Below, piece after piece: positions 9,680 through 19,806 of a DNA stretch of 52,219 bases. The stretch covers positions 1-52,219 of the forward strand of contig JBGAIQ010000042.1 of assembly GCA_044225365.1 (NCBI GenBank). The letters run 5' to 3'. The notes under the pieces were generated by a model, which was not told where the DNA came from, ran no database searches, and saw nothing but the letters and a program-made list of their open reading frames with translations. Every line of letters begins with the position of its first letter. Positions within the stretch are counted from its first letter, which is position 1. A program made the position numbers and the translations under genes. This DNA is from Planctomycetota bacterium. Lineage in GTDB: Bacteria; Planctomycetota; B15-G4; JADJEK01.

Positions 9680-10281
9680 CGAGGATCTCCAGTCCGGGGA
9701 GGCGGAGCGGGCGGTTCCGAGGGGCCGAAGAACGGATCCTCGTGGCCGGCAGCAAGAGCGGCAGCGCGAGTCTGCCTGGCGAGTTCGGTGTAGCGCCCCG
9801 GGGTGCGCAGGATGCGCTCGATCTCGGCGTCCGTGAGGGATCGCTTCACGACGCCGGGGACTCCGACGACGAGGGATCGCTCGGGAACGATCATTCCTTC
9901 GCGGACGAGCGCGCCCGCGGCGATCAGCGAGAGTCGGCCAATGCGAGAGCCATCGAGAACCCGTGCGCCGATGCCGACGAGGACGTCGTCCTCGAGGATC
10001 GCGCCGTGGACCATCGCGCAGTGTCCGATCGAGACGCGCTTGCCGACGATCACAGGCCACTCCCCGAGGGTGCCGTGGAGGACGGCGCCGTCCTGGACGT
10101 TCGAGTTCTCGCCGATGCGGATCGAATGGACGTCGCCTCGGAGCACGGCGGAGTACCACACGGAGACGCCGTCCTCGAGGACGACGTCGCCGACGACCGA
10201 CGAGGTGGGCGCGAGGAAGACATCGCGCTGGAAGGTCGGATGGTGGCCACCATAGGGCAGGACGAGGGCACGCATGATCAC
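9664..10281 (-). CDS. Gamma carbonic anhydrase family (YrdA/PaaY-like) hexapeptide-repeat protein
   Basis: Motifs VVGDVVL, VLRGDVHSIRIGENSNVQDGAVLH and IGHCAMVHGA. Start may be 10275. Overlaps the S9 start. Confidence 0.9.
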   Translation of the reverse strand: MIMRALVLPYGGHHPTFQRDVFLAPTSSVVGDVVLEDGVSVWYSAVLRGDVHSIRIGENSNVQDGAVLHGTLGEWPVIVGKRVSIGHCAMVHGAILEDDVLVGIGARVLDGSRIGRLSLIAAGALVREGMIVPERSLVVGVPGVVKRSLTDAEIERILRTPGRYTELARQTRAAALAAGHEDPFFGPSEPPAPPPRTGDPRCEFP

Positions 10282-10356
10282 CGAACACGATACGCGGCGT
10301 GGGACAGGGCCGCGAGTCCCTTCCTGTCCTCCCGTACGGCGACCTCTTGCGTTCTG

Positions 10357-10399
10357 TCAGGAAACCGAGAATACTATTTGGGTTTCCATGGTTTCCTGA
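10357..10399. promoter_or_regulatory. Candidate TetR operator overlapping an AT-rich promoter
   Basis: GGAAACC(10360-66)-N14-GGTTTCC(10381-87), a second GGTTTCC at 10390-96, and a perfect 10-bp inverted pair TCAGGAAACC/GGTTTCCTGA. TACTAT at 10372-77. Ends 20 bp upstream of the tetR start. Confidence 0.55.
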
Positions 10400-10419
10400 T
10401 TCGAGTCGGATCGAGATCG

Positions 10420-11049
10420 ATGCAACGAAAGCGCGACGACGCCCGCCCGGAACCGTCTTCGGACCTCGAGCAGCGGATCCTTGCCTGCGCGCGGCGCCCA
10501 TTCTTCGAGATGGGCTTCTCCCGCGTGACGATGAGCGAGATCGCGACCGAGCTCGGGATCAGCAAGAAGACGCTCTACGCCGCCTTTGCGAGCAAGCTCG
10601 ACCTGCTCCGCGCGATGCTGTCCGCGAAGCTCCGCGCGATCGAGAGCGACATGCGCGAGATCGCGGACGAGGCGCAATCCGACTCCGTCCATGCGATCGA
10701 CGCGCTCCTCGAGTGCGTGAGTCGACACACCGGCGAGATCACGCCGCGCTTCCTTGCGGATCTGCAGCGAAACGCGCCATCGGTCCTGGTCTGGCTCGAC
10801 GAAAGACGGCGTGAGATCCTGCAACAGAACTTCGGGAAGATCCTCCGCGAGGGTCGCCGTGCAGGGACGATTCGCGATGACGTCTCGGTCGAACTCGTGA
10901 TCGAGGTGCTGCTCGCCGCCGCACACGCGATCACGTCGAGCCCGCGCATCACGGAACTCGGCATCACGCCGAAGACGGGATTCGCGCCGCTCGTTCGCAT
11001 CGTCGTCGAAGGCGTGTTGGTTCGTCCGTCGCGGGGGAAGGCGCGATGA
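10420..11049 (+). CDS. TetR/AcrR family transcriptional regulator
   Basis: HTH RILACARRPFFEMGFSRVTMSEIATELGISKKTLYAAFASK. Start trimmed to ATG 10420. Confidence 0.92.
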   Translation: MQRKRDDARPEPSSDLEQRILACARRPFFEMGFSRVTMSEIATELGISKKTLYAAFASKLDLLRAMLSAKLRAIESDMREIADEAQSDSVHAIDALLECVSRHTGEITPRFLADLQRNAPSVLVWLDERRREILQQNFGKILREGRRAGTIRDDVSVELVIEVLLAAAHAITSSPRITELGITPKTGFAPLVRIVVEGVLVRPSRGKAR

Positions 11050-11999
11050 AGGCGCTGCACTACTCGGTCCTCCTCGCGATGATCACGTTCTTCTCGTGCG
11101 AACGTCCGCAGACTCGCATCCTGCAGGGCTACGTCGAAGGCCGATTCGTCTACGTGGCGTCGCCGCTTCCCGGCGCAGTTACGACGATCCCCGTCTCGCG
11201 TGGCGATTCCGTCGAATCGGGTTCGCTCCTGTTCGAACTGGAATCGGTCGCCGAACAGGCGGAACTCCGGGTCGCGGAGACGCGGGTCGTCGAGGCCAGG
11301 GCTCGAGTAGAGGACCTGCAGAAGGGGATGCGACCGGCCGAGATCGAGACGCTCGAGGCGACATTGCGCGAGGCCCGCGCTGCACTCGTGTTCGCCGAAG
11401 GCGAACTTCGTAGGCAGGAGGAACTCCTCGGCTCGTCGGCCGCGACCGATCGCGACGTGGAGCAGGCGAAGGCGACCCGCGACCAGAACCAGGAGCGCGT
11501 CACGAAGCTCGAGAAGGACATCGAGGTCGCGAAGCTCCCGGCGCGAATCGACGCGATCGCCGCCGCGAAAGCGAATCTGGAGGCGCTCGAAGCGGAGCAA
11601 TCGCGAGCGGCGTGGAACCTCGACCAGAAGCGGCAGAGGGCACCATGCGACGGCGTCGTGTTCGACACGCTGTATCGCGAGGGTGAATTCGTTGCCGCCG
11701 GTCGTCCGATCGTCGTTCTCCTTCCGCCGGCGAACATCGAGGTCCGTGCGTTCGTGCCCGAGTCGCGCCTTGCCGCGGTCCATCTCGGAGATCGTGTCGC
11801 CGTGCGAGCCGACGGCGCTCCGACGGCGAGTTTCGGTCGAATCACGTTCATCTCGCCGAAGCCCGAGTACACGCCGCCCGTGATCTACAGCCTCGGTAGC
11901 CGCGAGAAGCTCGTCACGATGATCGTGATCGAGTTCGCCGCCGACGTCGCTGCGCAGATGCATCCCGGCCAACCGGTCGACGTCGCGCTCGAGGAATGA
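11046..11999 (+). CDS. HlyD-family membrane fusion protein (YbhG-like), probable lipoprotein
   Basis: Lipobox FFSC, QGYVEG, coiled-coil hairpin, APCDGVV, ITFISPKPEYTPPVIYS and HPGQPVDV. ATGA overlap with tetR. Confidence 0.9.
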   Translation: MKALHYSVLLAMITFFSCERPQTRILQGYVEGRFVYVASPLPGAVTTIPVSRGDSVESGSLLFELESVAEQAELRVAETRVVEARARVEDLQKGMRPAEIETLEATLREARAALVFAEGELRRQEELLGSSAATDRDVEQAKATRDQNQERVTKLEKDIEVAKLPARIDAIAAAKANLEALEAEQSRAAWNLDQKRQRAPCDGVVFDTLYREGEFVAAGRPIVVLLPPANIEVRAFVPESRLAAVHLGDRVAVRADGAPTASFGRITFISPKPEYTPPVIYSLGSREKLVTMIVIEFAADVAAQMHPGQPVDVALEE

Positions 12000-12002
12000 T
12001 CG

Positions 12003-12935
12003 ATGCTCGGTGAATTCGCGATCGACGTCTGCGGGATGACGAAGCGCTTCGGCGCGATGACGGCGGTCGCCGGCATCGACCTGCGGGTCCGGACCGGCGA
12101 GATCTGCGGATTCCTCGGTCCTAACGGCAGCGGCAAGACGACCTTCATTCGCATGCTCTGCGGCCTGCTTCGTCCCGATGGCGGAAGCGGGCAATGCGTC
12201 GGATTCGACGTGATCCGCGAGAGCGAGTCGATCAAGCGGCAGGTCGGCTACATGACCCAGCGCTTCAGCTTCTACGAGGATCTCTCGATCGAAGAGAACC
12301 TGTCGTTCGTCGCGCGGATGTACTCGATCCCCAATCCTCGCGGAGTGGTCCGTGAGAGCCTCGAGTCGCTAGGGCTCGTCGCCCGCAAGGATCAACTCGC
12401 CGGCACGCTCTCCGGCGGCTGGAAACAGCGTCTCGCGCTCGCGGCGTGCCTGCTCCACGATCCGAAACTCCTGCTGCTCGACGAACCGACGGCCGGCGTC
12501 GATCCGAAAGCGCGCCGCGACTTCTGGGAGCAGATCCATCGCCTCGCAGGGCGCGGGCTCACGTTCCTCATCGCCACGCACTACATGGACGAAGCCGAAC
12601 GGTGTCATCGCCTCGCGTTCATCAGCAAGGGACACCTCCTCGCGTTCGGGACGACGCAGGAGGTCGTCGCCGGCGCTCATCTCACGACGTACTCGGTCAC
12701 GGGCCACGACCTCGTCGCTCTCGGGGATCGTCTTCGCCTGGCCCCGGGCGTCCGTCAGGCCGTCGCATTCGGCAATTCGCTCCACGTCAGCGGTGACGAC
12801 GAGGCGGCACTTCGCGCTGCGATCGCGCCGTTCGAAGCCGCCGATCCCAGTCATCGATTCCGCCGCATCGAGTCCGGACTCGAGGACGTCTTCATCCATC
12901 TCATGCAGGCCAACGCGGAAGGGGCTGCACGATGA
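12003..12935 (+). CDS. ABC transporter ATP-binding protein
   Basis: Walker A GPNGSGKTT, signature LSGGWKQR, Walker B LLLLDEPT, H-loop THYMDEAE. Confidence 0.95.
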   Translation: MLGEFAIDVCGMTKRFGAMTAVAGIDLRVRTGEICGFLGPNGSGKTTFIRMLCGLLRPDGGSGQCVGFDVIRESESIKRQVGYMTQRFSFYEDLSIEENLSFVARMYSIPNPRGVVRESLESLGLVARKDQLAGTLSGGWKQRLALAACLLHDPKLLLLDEPTAGVDPKARRDFWEQIHRLAGRGLTFLIATHYMDEAERCHRLAFISKGHLLAFGTTQEVVAGAHLTTYSVTGHDLVALGDRLRLAPGVRQAVAFGNSLHVSGDDEAALRAAIAPFEAADPSHRFRRIESGLEDVFIHLMQANAEGAAR

Positions 12936-14080
12936 CGCCTCGACCCGCGCGCGGGCTTTCGCTCGATCGCTTCCTCGCGATCGTCGTGAAGGAATTCATC
13001 CAGATGCGCCGCGATCGAATGACGTTCGGGATGATGATCGGGATTCCGATCATGCAACTCGTACTGTTCGGATTCGCGATCAACTCCGATCCCAGGAACC
13101 TGCCGACCGCCGTGTATCTCGAGGACCCGGGTCCCTTCGCTCGACGGGTGATGACGGCGCTCGAGCACACTCGTTACTTCCGGTTCACGCGAACGGTCGC
13201 GACGGAGCAGGAAGCGCGCGACGTGCTCGCTCGCGGTGAGGTGCAGTTCGTCGTGACGGTTCCCCGAGACTTCGATCGCACGCTGCTGCGGGGTGAACAT
13301 CCGCAGATCCTCGTCGAGGCCGATGCAACCGATCCGGCGGCGACGAGCGCCGCAGTCTCGGCGTTGCGAACGGCGGTCGAGACGGCGTTGGATCACGACA
13401 TCGATGGCCCCCTCGCGCACATTCGCGGTGAGGAGGGCCCCGTCCGCATCGAGGTCCACGCGCTCTACAACCCCGAAGGCATCACGCAGTACAACATCGT
13501 CTCGGGTCTGCTCGGCGTCGTGCTGACGCTGACGATGGTGCTGATCACGGCCCTCGCGATCACGCGGGAGCAGGAGAGCGGGACGCTCGAGAACCTGCTC
13601 GCGATGCCGACGAGACCACTCGAGGTGATGGTCGGAAAGATCGTGCCGTACGTATTCGTCGGCTACGTCCAGGTCAGCTTGATCCTGCTGATCGCCCATT
13701 ACGTGTTCCGGGTGCCGATCGTCGGGAGTCTGTCGCTTCTGCTCGCGGCGGCGCTGGTGTTCATCTTCGCGAATCTCGCGATGGGGATCACGTTCTCGAC
13801 GATCGCGAGGAATCAGCGCCAGGCGATGCAGATGGGAATGTTCTTCTTCCTGCCGTCGATGCTGCTGTCGGGCTTCATGTTTCCGTTTCGCGGAATGCCG
13901 ATCTGGGCGCAGCGCGTGGGGGAGATGTTTCCCCTGACGCCGTTCCTGCGCATCTGCCGTGGGATCCTGCTGAAGGGCAACGGCCCAAGCGATATCGCGC
14001 CGCACGTCGGCCAGATCGCGCTCTTCGCGGCGATCGCTCTCGCGATCGGCGTCACGCGCTACCGGCGAACGCTCGATTGA
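12932..14080 (+). CDS. ABC-2 type permease (YbhR/YbhS-like)
   Basis: Motifs KEFIQMRRDR, YNPEG, REQESGTLENLLAMP, GKIVPY and LLSGFMFP, plus multiple TM helices. Confidence 0.93.
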   Translation: MTPRPARGLSLDRFLAIVVKEFIQMRRDRMTFGMMIGIPIMQLVLFGFAINSDPRNLPTAVYLEDPGPFARRVMTALEHTRYFRFTRTVATEQEARDVLARGEVQFVVTVPRDFDRTLLRGEHPQILVEADATDPAATSAAVSALRTAVETALDHDIDGPLAHIRGEEGPVRIEVHALYNPEGITQYNIVSGLLGVVLTLTMVLITALAITREQESGTLENLLAMPTRPLEVMVGKIVPYVFVGYVQVSLILLIAHYVFRVPIVGSLSLLLAAALVFIFANLAMGITFSTIARNQRQAMQMGMFFFLPSMLLSGFMFPFRGMPIWAQRVGEMFPLTPFLRICRGILLKGNGPSDIAPHVGQIALFAAIALAIGVTRYRRTLD

Positions 14081-14137
14081 TCCCAATCACTCTTTGCCGC
14101 AGAGACCGTGGTCCTCCGTGGGAAATGATCTCGCTGG

Positions 14138-14626
14138 CGTCGAAGGACAGCCGCGCAGTTCGCTGCGGCGTTCCCGTGTTCAGGGATGGGGAACGATCCG
14201 GAATTTGCCACGGAGATTCACGGAGGTCAGATGAGGCCCACGGAGGGCATGAAGCATGAAAGGGGCCGCCTTCGGCATTCGGACCGCCGCGCTCCAGCGC
14301 GGCCACGCCAGCGCAGTCATCGTCGAAGGACCGCGGCGAGGCTCGCTGCGGCGTTCCCGTGTTCAGGGATGGGGAACGATCCGGAATTTGCCACGGAGGT
14401 TCACGGAGGTCAGAGGAGGCCACGGAGGGCATGAAGCATGAAAGGGGCCGCCTTCGGCATTCGGACCGCCGCGCTCCAGCGCGGCCACGCCAGCGCAGCC
14501 ACAGTTGAAGGACCGCCGCGCAGCTCGCTGCAGCGTTCCCGCGTTCGGTGATGGGTAATGATCCGGAGTTTGCCACAAAGGTTCACGGAGGTCAGAGGAG
14601 GCCACGGAGGGCATGAAGCATGAAAG
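14138..14626. repeat. ~182-bp tandem repeat, about 2.7 copies, containing REP-like hairpins
   Basis: GCATGAAGCATGAAAG recurs at 14247, 14429 and 14611. Units carry the hairpin GCCGCGCTCCAGCGCGGC and CACGGAGG sub-repeats. Confidence 0.9.
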
Positions 14627-14758
14627 TGCCTCGGCGGTCCAGGCGAACGCGAGTGCGAACGAGATTGCCTCGCGTGCGGCGGACGGCCCCTTTTGGAATC
14701 TCCGTTCTTCTCCTTCCTCCGTGGTCCTCCGTGGTCCTCCGTGGTCCTCCGTGTGAAA
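14569..14758. mobile_element. MITE/REPIN-like element, copy 1
   Basis: Left arm of CACGGAGG repeats faces a right arm (TCCTCCGTGG)x~4 at 14715-14758. The interior GAGATTGCCTCGCGTGCGGCGGACGGCCCCTTT is shared with copy 2. Confidence 0.55.
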
Positions 14759-14836
14759 CGAACGACTTCGTCCTCACGGACGTCCGCGCGGCTTGCTTCT
14801 GCATTCACGCGTGTACATGCGGGGAAAGATCCGGAG

Positions 14837-15011
14837 TTTTCCACGAAGGACCACGGAGGTCGGAGGAGGCCCACAGAGGTCAGGAAGTATGAATAGGGGC
14901 CGGCTCGGTGGTCCTGACGAATGCGGGCGCCAAGGAGATTGCGTCGCGGGCGGCGGATGGCCCCTTTGAAAGATCCGATCTTCTCCGACCTCCGTGGTCC
15001 TCGGGGGAAAA
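14837..15011. mobile_element. MITE/REPIN-like element, copy 2, with 32-bp imperfect terminal inverted repeats
   Basis: 14837-14868 (TTTTCCACGAAGGACCACGGAGGTCGGAGGAG) matches the reverse complement of 14980-15011 at 28/32 positions. No coding capacity. Confidence 0.65.
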
Positions 15012-15028
15012 TCGGGCGTTCGCGTCGT

Positions 15029-18000
15029 TCAAGGTTCGCGGCGGCGCGCGTCGAGGCGCGCGAGCTTGGCGACGAGCGTGAAGGACATCGGGACGAGGAA
15101 GATCGCAAGGCAGGTCGCCGCGAGCATTCCGCCGACGACCGCACTGCCGAGGATGCGGCGCGCCGCGGCGCCGGCACCCGTTGCGAACCACAGGGGCAGG
15201 CAGCCCAGGATGAATGCGAACGCCGTCATCAGGATCGGGCGGAAGCGGATCTTCGCTCCGGCGAGAGCGGCGTCGATCAAACTCGATCCACGCTCGAACT
15301 CCGCCTTGGCGAACTCCACGATCAAGATGGCGTTCTTCGCCGAGAGCCCGATCAACATCACGAGTCCGATCTGCGCGAACACGTCGTTCTCGAGATGGCG
15401 GTAGTGCAAGGCTGCGAATCCGCCGAGCGCGGCCACCGGGGTTCCGAGCAGAACGCTGAACGGCAATGACCAACTCTCGTACTGCGCGGCGAGGATGAGG
15501 AAGACGAACAGCAGGGAGAGCAGGAAGATCTGCGTCGCGGTCACGCCTTCCTGTGCGCGCTTCTCCTGGTAGGACATGCCCGAGTAATCGAAGCCCATGT
15601 CCTTCGGCATCGTCGCCGCGAATACTTCTTCGAGAGCATTCATCACGTCGCCCGAGCTGTAACCCGGAGCGGCATTGGCGTTGATCTGGGCCGCGCGATA
15701 CAGATTGTGCCGCATCGTGAACTCGGGACCGCTCGTCGGCCGCGACGTCACGAGCGACGCGAGCGGCACCGACTGACCCTGATCGTTCCGCACTGCGAAC
15801 TCCGCGACCTGATCGGCGCTCTTGCGATACTCGCCGTCCGCCTGCACGTAGACCTGCCACTGCCGGCCGAAGCGATTGAAGTAGTTCACGAACGATCCGC
15901 CCATGAACGTCTGCAAGGTGAGGTAGACGTTCGAGAGATCGATGCCCTGCTTCAGCACCTTGTCGCGATCGACGTCGAAGAACACCTGCGGAACGGCCGG
16001 TACCCACGGCGAACTGGCGCTCGCGATCTCCTTGCGCTTGCGGGCGGCCTCGAGGAACTTCTGCATGTTGTCGCCGAGGAACGGAACGTCGTGTCCGCCC
16101 CGATCCTCGAGGACGAAGGTGACACCGCCCGCGGTGCCGACGCCGGGGATCTGCGGCGGTGAGAATGCGAACGCCGCCGCGCCCGAGAGTTTCCCGAGCT
16201 CGCGGGTGATGTGCGCCTTGATCGCATCGAGCTGCTCCTCCGGTTTCTTGCGATCCTCCCAGTTCTTCAAGTTGACGAACGAGAACCCGGCGTAGGTCAT
16301 TCGCGCGCCGCCCGACACCAGGTTGAGTCCACCGACCGTCGTCGCGTGGAGGACGCCCGGCGTGTGCAGGAGGATGTCGGCGAGCTGCTGGCACACGGCG
16401 TCGGTTCGCTGCATCGACGAGTCGTTCGGCAACGTCGCCTGGACGTAGAGGTAGCCCTGATCCTCCTCCGGCAGGAAGCTGGTCGGCAGCTTCTTCCCGT
16501 AGAAGACGGCGAGGGCGGAGAGGCCGGCGAGGAGGATCACTCCGATGAAGCTCTTCCGCACCAGCCCGCCCGCTAGAGCGACGTAGCCCCTCGTCGCCGC
16601 GCCGAACGATTTGTTGAACAGACCGAATAGGAAGGCGATCGGTCCGCGCGAGGGTTTGCGCGGCTTCAGGAGCAGCGCGGCCAGGGCCGGACTGAGGCTG
16701 AGTGCGTTGAACGCCGAGAGGATCACCGAGATCGCGATGGTGACCGCGAATTGCTGATAGAGGCGCCCCGTGATCCCGGGGATGAAGATCGTCGGCACGA
16801 ACACCGCGGAGAGGATCAGTGCGATCGCAATGACCGGACTCGCGACCTCCGACATCGCCTTGATCGCGGCGTCGCGAGGCGACAGACCCTTCTCGATGTG
16901 GTGCTCGACGGCTTCGACGACCACGATCGCATCGTCGACGACGAGTCCGATCGCGAGCACGAGACCGAACAGCGACAGCGTGTTGATCGAGAACCCGAGC
17001 AGGGGGAAGACCGCGAACGTTCCGATCAGCGACACGGGCACCGCGAGCAGCGGGATCAGCGTCGCGCGCCAATTCTGCAGGAACAGGAACACGACGAGGA
17101 TCACGAGGCCGATCGCTTCGAGCAGCGTGTTCACGATCTCGTGCATGCCCTGCGTCACGGCTTGCGTCGTATCGAGGGAGATCGCGTAATCGAGGTCCTC
17201 GGGAAAGGTGGGCTTCAGATCGGCCATCAACTGCTTCGCGCCGTTCGCGGCGTCGAGCGCATTGCTACCGGGGAGCTGGTAGATCGCGAGGATCGCCGAC
17301 GGCTTGCCGTCGAGTCGGCCCTTCAACGCGTAGCCCTGCGCTCCGAGTTCGACGCGCGCGACGTCGGAGAGGCGGACGATCGCGCCGTCGGAATTCGCGC
17401 GCACCACGATGTTGCCGAATTCCTCGGGCGTGCTGAGTCGTCCCTTCGCGCGAGCGGAGTACGTGAAGTCCTGACCAGCGGGCATCGGCTCACCGCCGAT
17501 CTGCCCCGACGGATTCACGGTGTTCTGCGCTTTGATCGCGGCGACGATCTCGGGGACCGTGATGTCGAGCTTCGAGAGCAGATCGGGCTTCACCCAGCAG
17601 CGCATCGCGTACTGATCGGCGCCGAAGATCAACGCCTGACTGATTCCCTTCACGCGCGTGATCGGATCGATCAGGTGGATGTATCCATAGTTCGCGAGGA
17701 ACGTAGGATCGTACGATCCCTTCGGCGAGTACAGCGCGATCAGCATGAGTGGCGCGGAGTACGACTTGTTCACGATGACGCCGAAGTTGCGAACGTCGAC
17801 CGGGAGTTGCGCCTGGGCCTGCGCCTGGCGGATCTGCGTCAGCACCTGATCGGTGTTCGGATCCGTCTTCACGTCGAAGTTGACGCGCAAGCGCATCGTG
17901 CCCGCGTTCGAGTTCAGCGAGTACATGTACGCGAGGTTGTCGACACCGCTCATCTGCTGTTCGAGCGGAGTGGCGACGGAGCTCTCGATCGTTTCGGAGT

Positions 18001-18157
18001 CCGCGCCGACGAACGTGGTGTCGATCACGATCTCCGGCGGGACGATGTTCGGGAACTGCGCGACAGGGAGCCCGACGACCGAGACCGCCCCGACGAGCAC
18101 GAGGAGGATCGAGATCACCATCGCGACGATCGGGCGGTCGATGAAGAAGCGACTCAT
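15029..18157 (-). CDS. RND efflux transporter permease (HAE1/AcrB family)
   Basis: 1042 aa. [17 protein letters not shown] start, proton-relay motifs [23 protein letters not shown] and RFRPILMT. Confidence 0.96.
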   Translation of the reverse strand: MSRFFIDRPIVAMVISILLVLVGAVSVVGLPVAQFPNIVPPEIVIDTTFVGADSETIESSVATPLEQQMSGVDNLAYMYSLNSNAGTMRLRVNFDVKTDPNTDQVLTQIRQAQAQAQLPVDVRNFGVIVNKSYSAPLMLIALYSPKGSYDPTFLANYGYIHLIDPITRVKGISQALIFGADQYAMRCWVKPDLLSKLDITVPEIVAAIKAQNTVNPSGQIGGEPMPAGQDFTYSARAKGRLSTPEEFGNIVVRANSDGAIVRLSDVARVELGAQGYALKGRLDGKPSAILAIYQLPGSNALDAANGAKQLMADLKPTFPEDLDYAISLDTTQAVTQGMHEIVNTLLEAIGLVILVVFLFLQNWRATLIPLLAVPVSLIGTFAVFPLLGFSINTLSLFGLVLAIGLVVDDAIVVVEAVEHHIEKGLSPRDAAIKAMSEVASPVIAIALILSAVFVPTIFIPGITGRLYQQFAVTIAISVILSAFNALSLSPALAALLLKPRKPSRGPIAFLFGLFNKSFGAATRGYVALAGGLVRKSFIGVILLAGLSALAVFYGKKLPTSFLPEEDQGYLYVQATLPNDSSMQRTDAVCQQLADILLHTPGVLHATTVGGLNLVSGGARMTYAGFSFVNLKNWEDRKKPEEQLDAIKAHITRELGKLSGAAAFAFSPPQIPGVGTAGGVTFVLEDRGGHDVPFLGDNMQKFLEAARKRKEIASASSPWVPAVPQVFFDVDRDKVLKQGIDLSNVYLTLQTFMGGSFVNYFNRFGRQWQVYVQADGEYRKSADQVAEFAVRNDQGQSVPLASLVTSRPTSGPEFTMRHNLYRAAQINANAAPGYSSGDVMNALEEVFAATMPKDMGFDYSGMSYQEKRAQEGVTATQIFLLSLLFVFLILAAQYESWSLPFSVLLGTPVAALGGFAALHYRHLENDVFAQIGLVMLIGLSAKNAILIVEFAKAEFERGSSLIDAALAGAKIRFRPILMTAFAFILGCLPLWFATGAGAAARRILGSAVVGGMLAATCLAIFLVPMSFTLVAKLARLDARRREP

Positions 18158-18167
18158 GACGCGCTCC

Positions 18168-19373
18168 TCACTTCGTCCCGGACTTGCTGTCGGCGGCCGC
18201 GGCCTGCGGATCCACGTACGGCTGCGGACTCACGACCGCGCCCGCAGCGGCCTTCTGGAAGCCCTCGACGACGACGAGGTCGTCCGCGGCGAGTCCGCTC
18301 GCGATGAGGCGCATCGAACCCACGCGATCTCCCGGCACGACGTACTTGAAGGCGAGCTTGTTGCCCTCGGTCACCGTTGCGACGCGGTACTTTCCCTGCA
18401 GATCGCCGACGGCGCGATCGGGGACGAGGAAGGCGTCCTTCCGCGTCTCCGCCGCCCAGCGCACTTTCACGAACTGGCCCGGGCGCAGCACATTGTTCGG
18501 ATTGTCGAAGAGCACGACCCCGCGAATCGTTCCGGTCTTCGGGTCGATGCTGCGATCGACGAACGCGAATCGTCCACGATGGGCATAGCTGCGCCCGTCG
18601 GCGAGCACGAGATCGAAGTCGTCCGGTCGTTGATCTTGCGGCGTGCCCTCGAGGACCTTCAGGGTTTCGCCAAGCGCGAGATACTGTTGCTCGGCGAGCG
18701 GGAAGTAGGCACGGATCGGATCGACCGTCGACATGGTCGCGAGCGGCGTGGTCGCCGAGACGAGGTCTCCGATCTGCGCTTCGGCGATGCCCACGATGCC
18801 GTCGATCGGTGCGAGGATGCGCGTGTGGGCGAGGTCGATCTTCGCTTGCTCGACGACGGACTCCTGCATCTTGACCGCGGCCTTCAGCGACAGATTGGCC
18901 TGCACCGCGGCGTCGAGCGATGCCTGCGTCTCCGCCTGTTCGGGGACGAGCGGCTCGATGCGCTTGACGTCGAGATCGGCCTTCACCTGATCCGCTCTCG
19001 CCTTCTCGAGTTCGCTCTTCGCGTGATCGAGCGCGACGGAGTACGAGTCCGCTTCGATCTCGAAGAGCGGGTCGCCGGCCTTCACGAACGAGCCGTCGCG
19101 ATAGTCCTGACGCCGGAGGTAGCCGCTGACTTGCGCACGGATTCGCGCGTTCGACGAACCATCGAGGCTGCCGACCCATTCGCGAACGAGGGGGACGTCG
19201 CGAATGACGATGTGCGTGACGAGGACCGTCGGCGGCGGGGGAGGCGAGCTCACGGTGGCGGCCGCCTGGCCTTCGAGTCTGTCGCACGCCGCGATCGCGA
19301 GCAATGCGGCGCCGACCGCGATGGCCAGGAGGATCCGCGCGATCCCATGACGGTATCGGTTCGACGGGTTCAT
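18168..19373 (-). CDS. RND periplasmic adaptor (AcrA-like MFP), lipoprotein
   Basis: Start trimmed to MNPSNRY. Lipobox IAAC. Motifs [37 protein letters not shown] and VVEGFQK. Confidence 0.93.
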   Translation of the reverse strand: MNPSNRYRHGIARILLAIAVGAALLAIAACDRLEGQAAATVSSPPPPPTVLVTHIVIRDVPLVREWVGSLDGSSNARIRAQVSGYLRRQDYRDGSFVKAGDPLFEIEADSYSVALDHAKSELEKARADQVKADLDVKRIEPLVPEQAETQASLDAAVQANLSLKAAVKMQESVVEQAKIDLAHTRILAPIDGIVGIAEAQIGDLVSATTPLATMSTVDPIRAYFPLAEQQYLALGETLKVLEGTPQDQRPDDFDLVLADGRSYAHRGRFAFVDRSIDPKTGTIRGVVLFDNPNNVLRPGQFVKVRWAAETRKDAFLVPDRAVGDLQGKYRVATVTEGNKLAFKYVVPGDRVGSMRLIASGLAADDLVVVEGFQKAAAGAVVSPQPYVDPQAAAADSKSGTK

Positions 19374-19645
19374 GATGCTTCTCCCGGCGGGTTCGAATCC
19401 CGTCGCTTCGAGCCGCAGAGCGCGGCCTTTCGCAGACGTGGATCGATCGCGTCCGCGATCGACATCAGCGACTTGACGTCGGTGGCGACGAGGCAGTTCA
19501 CCTCGCATTCGTTCAGCTCGAACCCGTCGCGCCCTTCGGCGATGAGCGCTCGAAGCGTGGGCGCGGGAGCGGCGGCGAACTGCTGCAAGAAGGCCTCGTC
19601 CGTGACGAGGCGGCCGATCACTCTTTCGACATCACGTTGGCACAT
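19370..19645 (-). CDS. Small NHLP-clan (Os1348-like) protein, 91 aa
   Basis: [31 protein letters not shown]...FELNECE...IDPRL resembles the nitrile-hydratase-leader-peptide pattern (xxxDxxFRxxxxxDP). AGGAG RBS 8 nt upstream. ATGA overlap with the MFP start. Confidence 0.75.
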   Translation of the reverse strand: MCQRDVERVIGRLVTDEAFLQQFAAAPAPTLRALIAEGRDGFELNECEVNCLVATDVKSLMSIADAIDPRLRKAALCGSKRRDSNPPGEAS

Positions 19646-19754
19646 TGGCGGCACTCCTGCGCGCTCCGGCCCATGCGACCGACCGCGCCTTCTTTCCCCA
19701 AGCACAGGCGTGCCGCGAGCGGGAAGGGGGATTCGTGCTAGAAAATCGTGCAAA

Positions 19755-19772
19755 GTGTCCGGATTCGGACAC
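19755..19772. promoter_or_regulatory. Candidate enhancer (UAS) for the adjacent sigma54 activator
   Basis: Near-perfect palindrome GTGTCCGGATTCGGACAC (TGT-N10-ACA) in the divergent intergenic region, about 110 bp upstream of the small ORF. Confidence 0.55.
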
Positions 19773-19806
19773 CTCGTACCGGGCACCCGGCAGGAACCTT
19801 CCGTCG

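Noticed and set aside
14138-14626. CRISPR array or protein-coding repeat
   Set aside because: The whole 182-bp unit repeats, the period is not a multiple of 3, and the overlapping ORFs have no protein-like features.
4598-19645. Radical SAM/SPASM + S9 peptidase + ABC exporter + NHLP-like peptide as one RiPP cluster
   Set aside because: The genes lie in four separate transcription units over 15 kb. The radical SAM lacks an evident N-terminal RRE extension and sits with GTs, and the peptide has no clear core. Not excluded, but unsupported.
19700-19715. Canonical sigma54 -24/-12 promoter
   Set aside because: Spacing is GG-N9-GC, one base short, so it is not annotated as a feature (kept as a finding).
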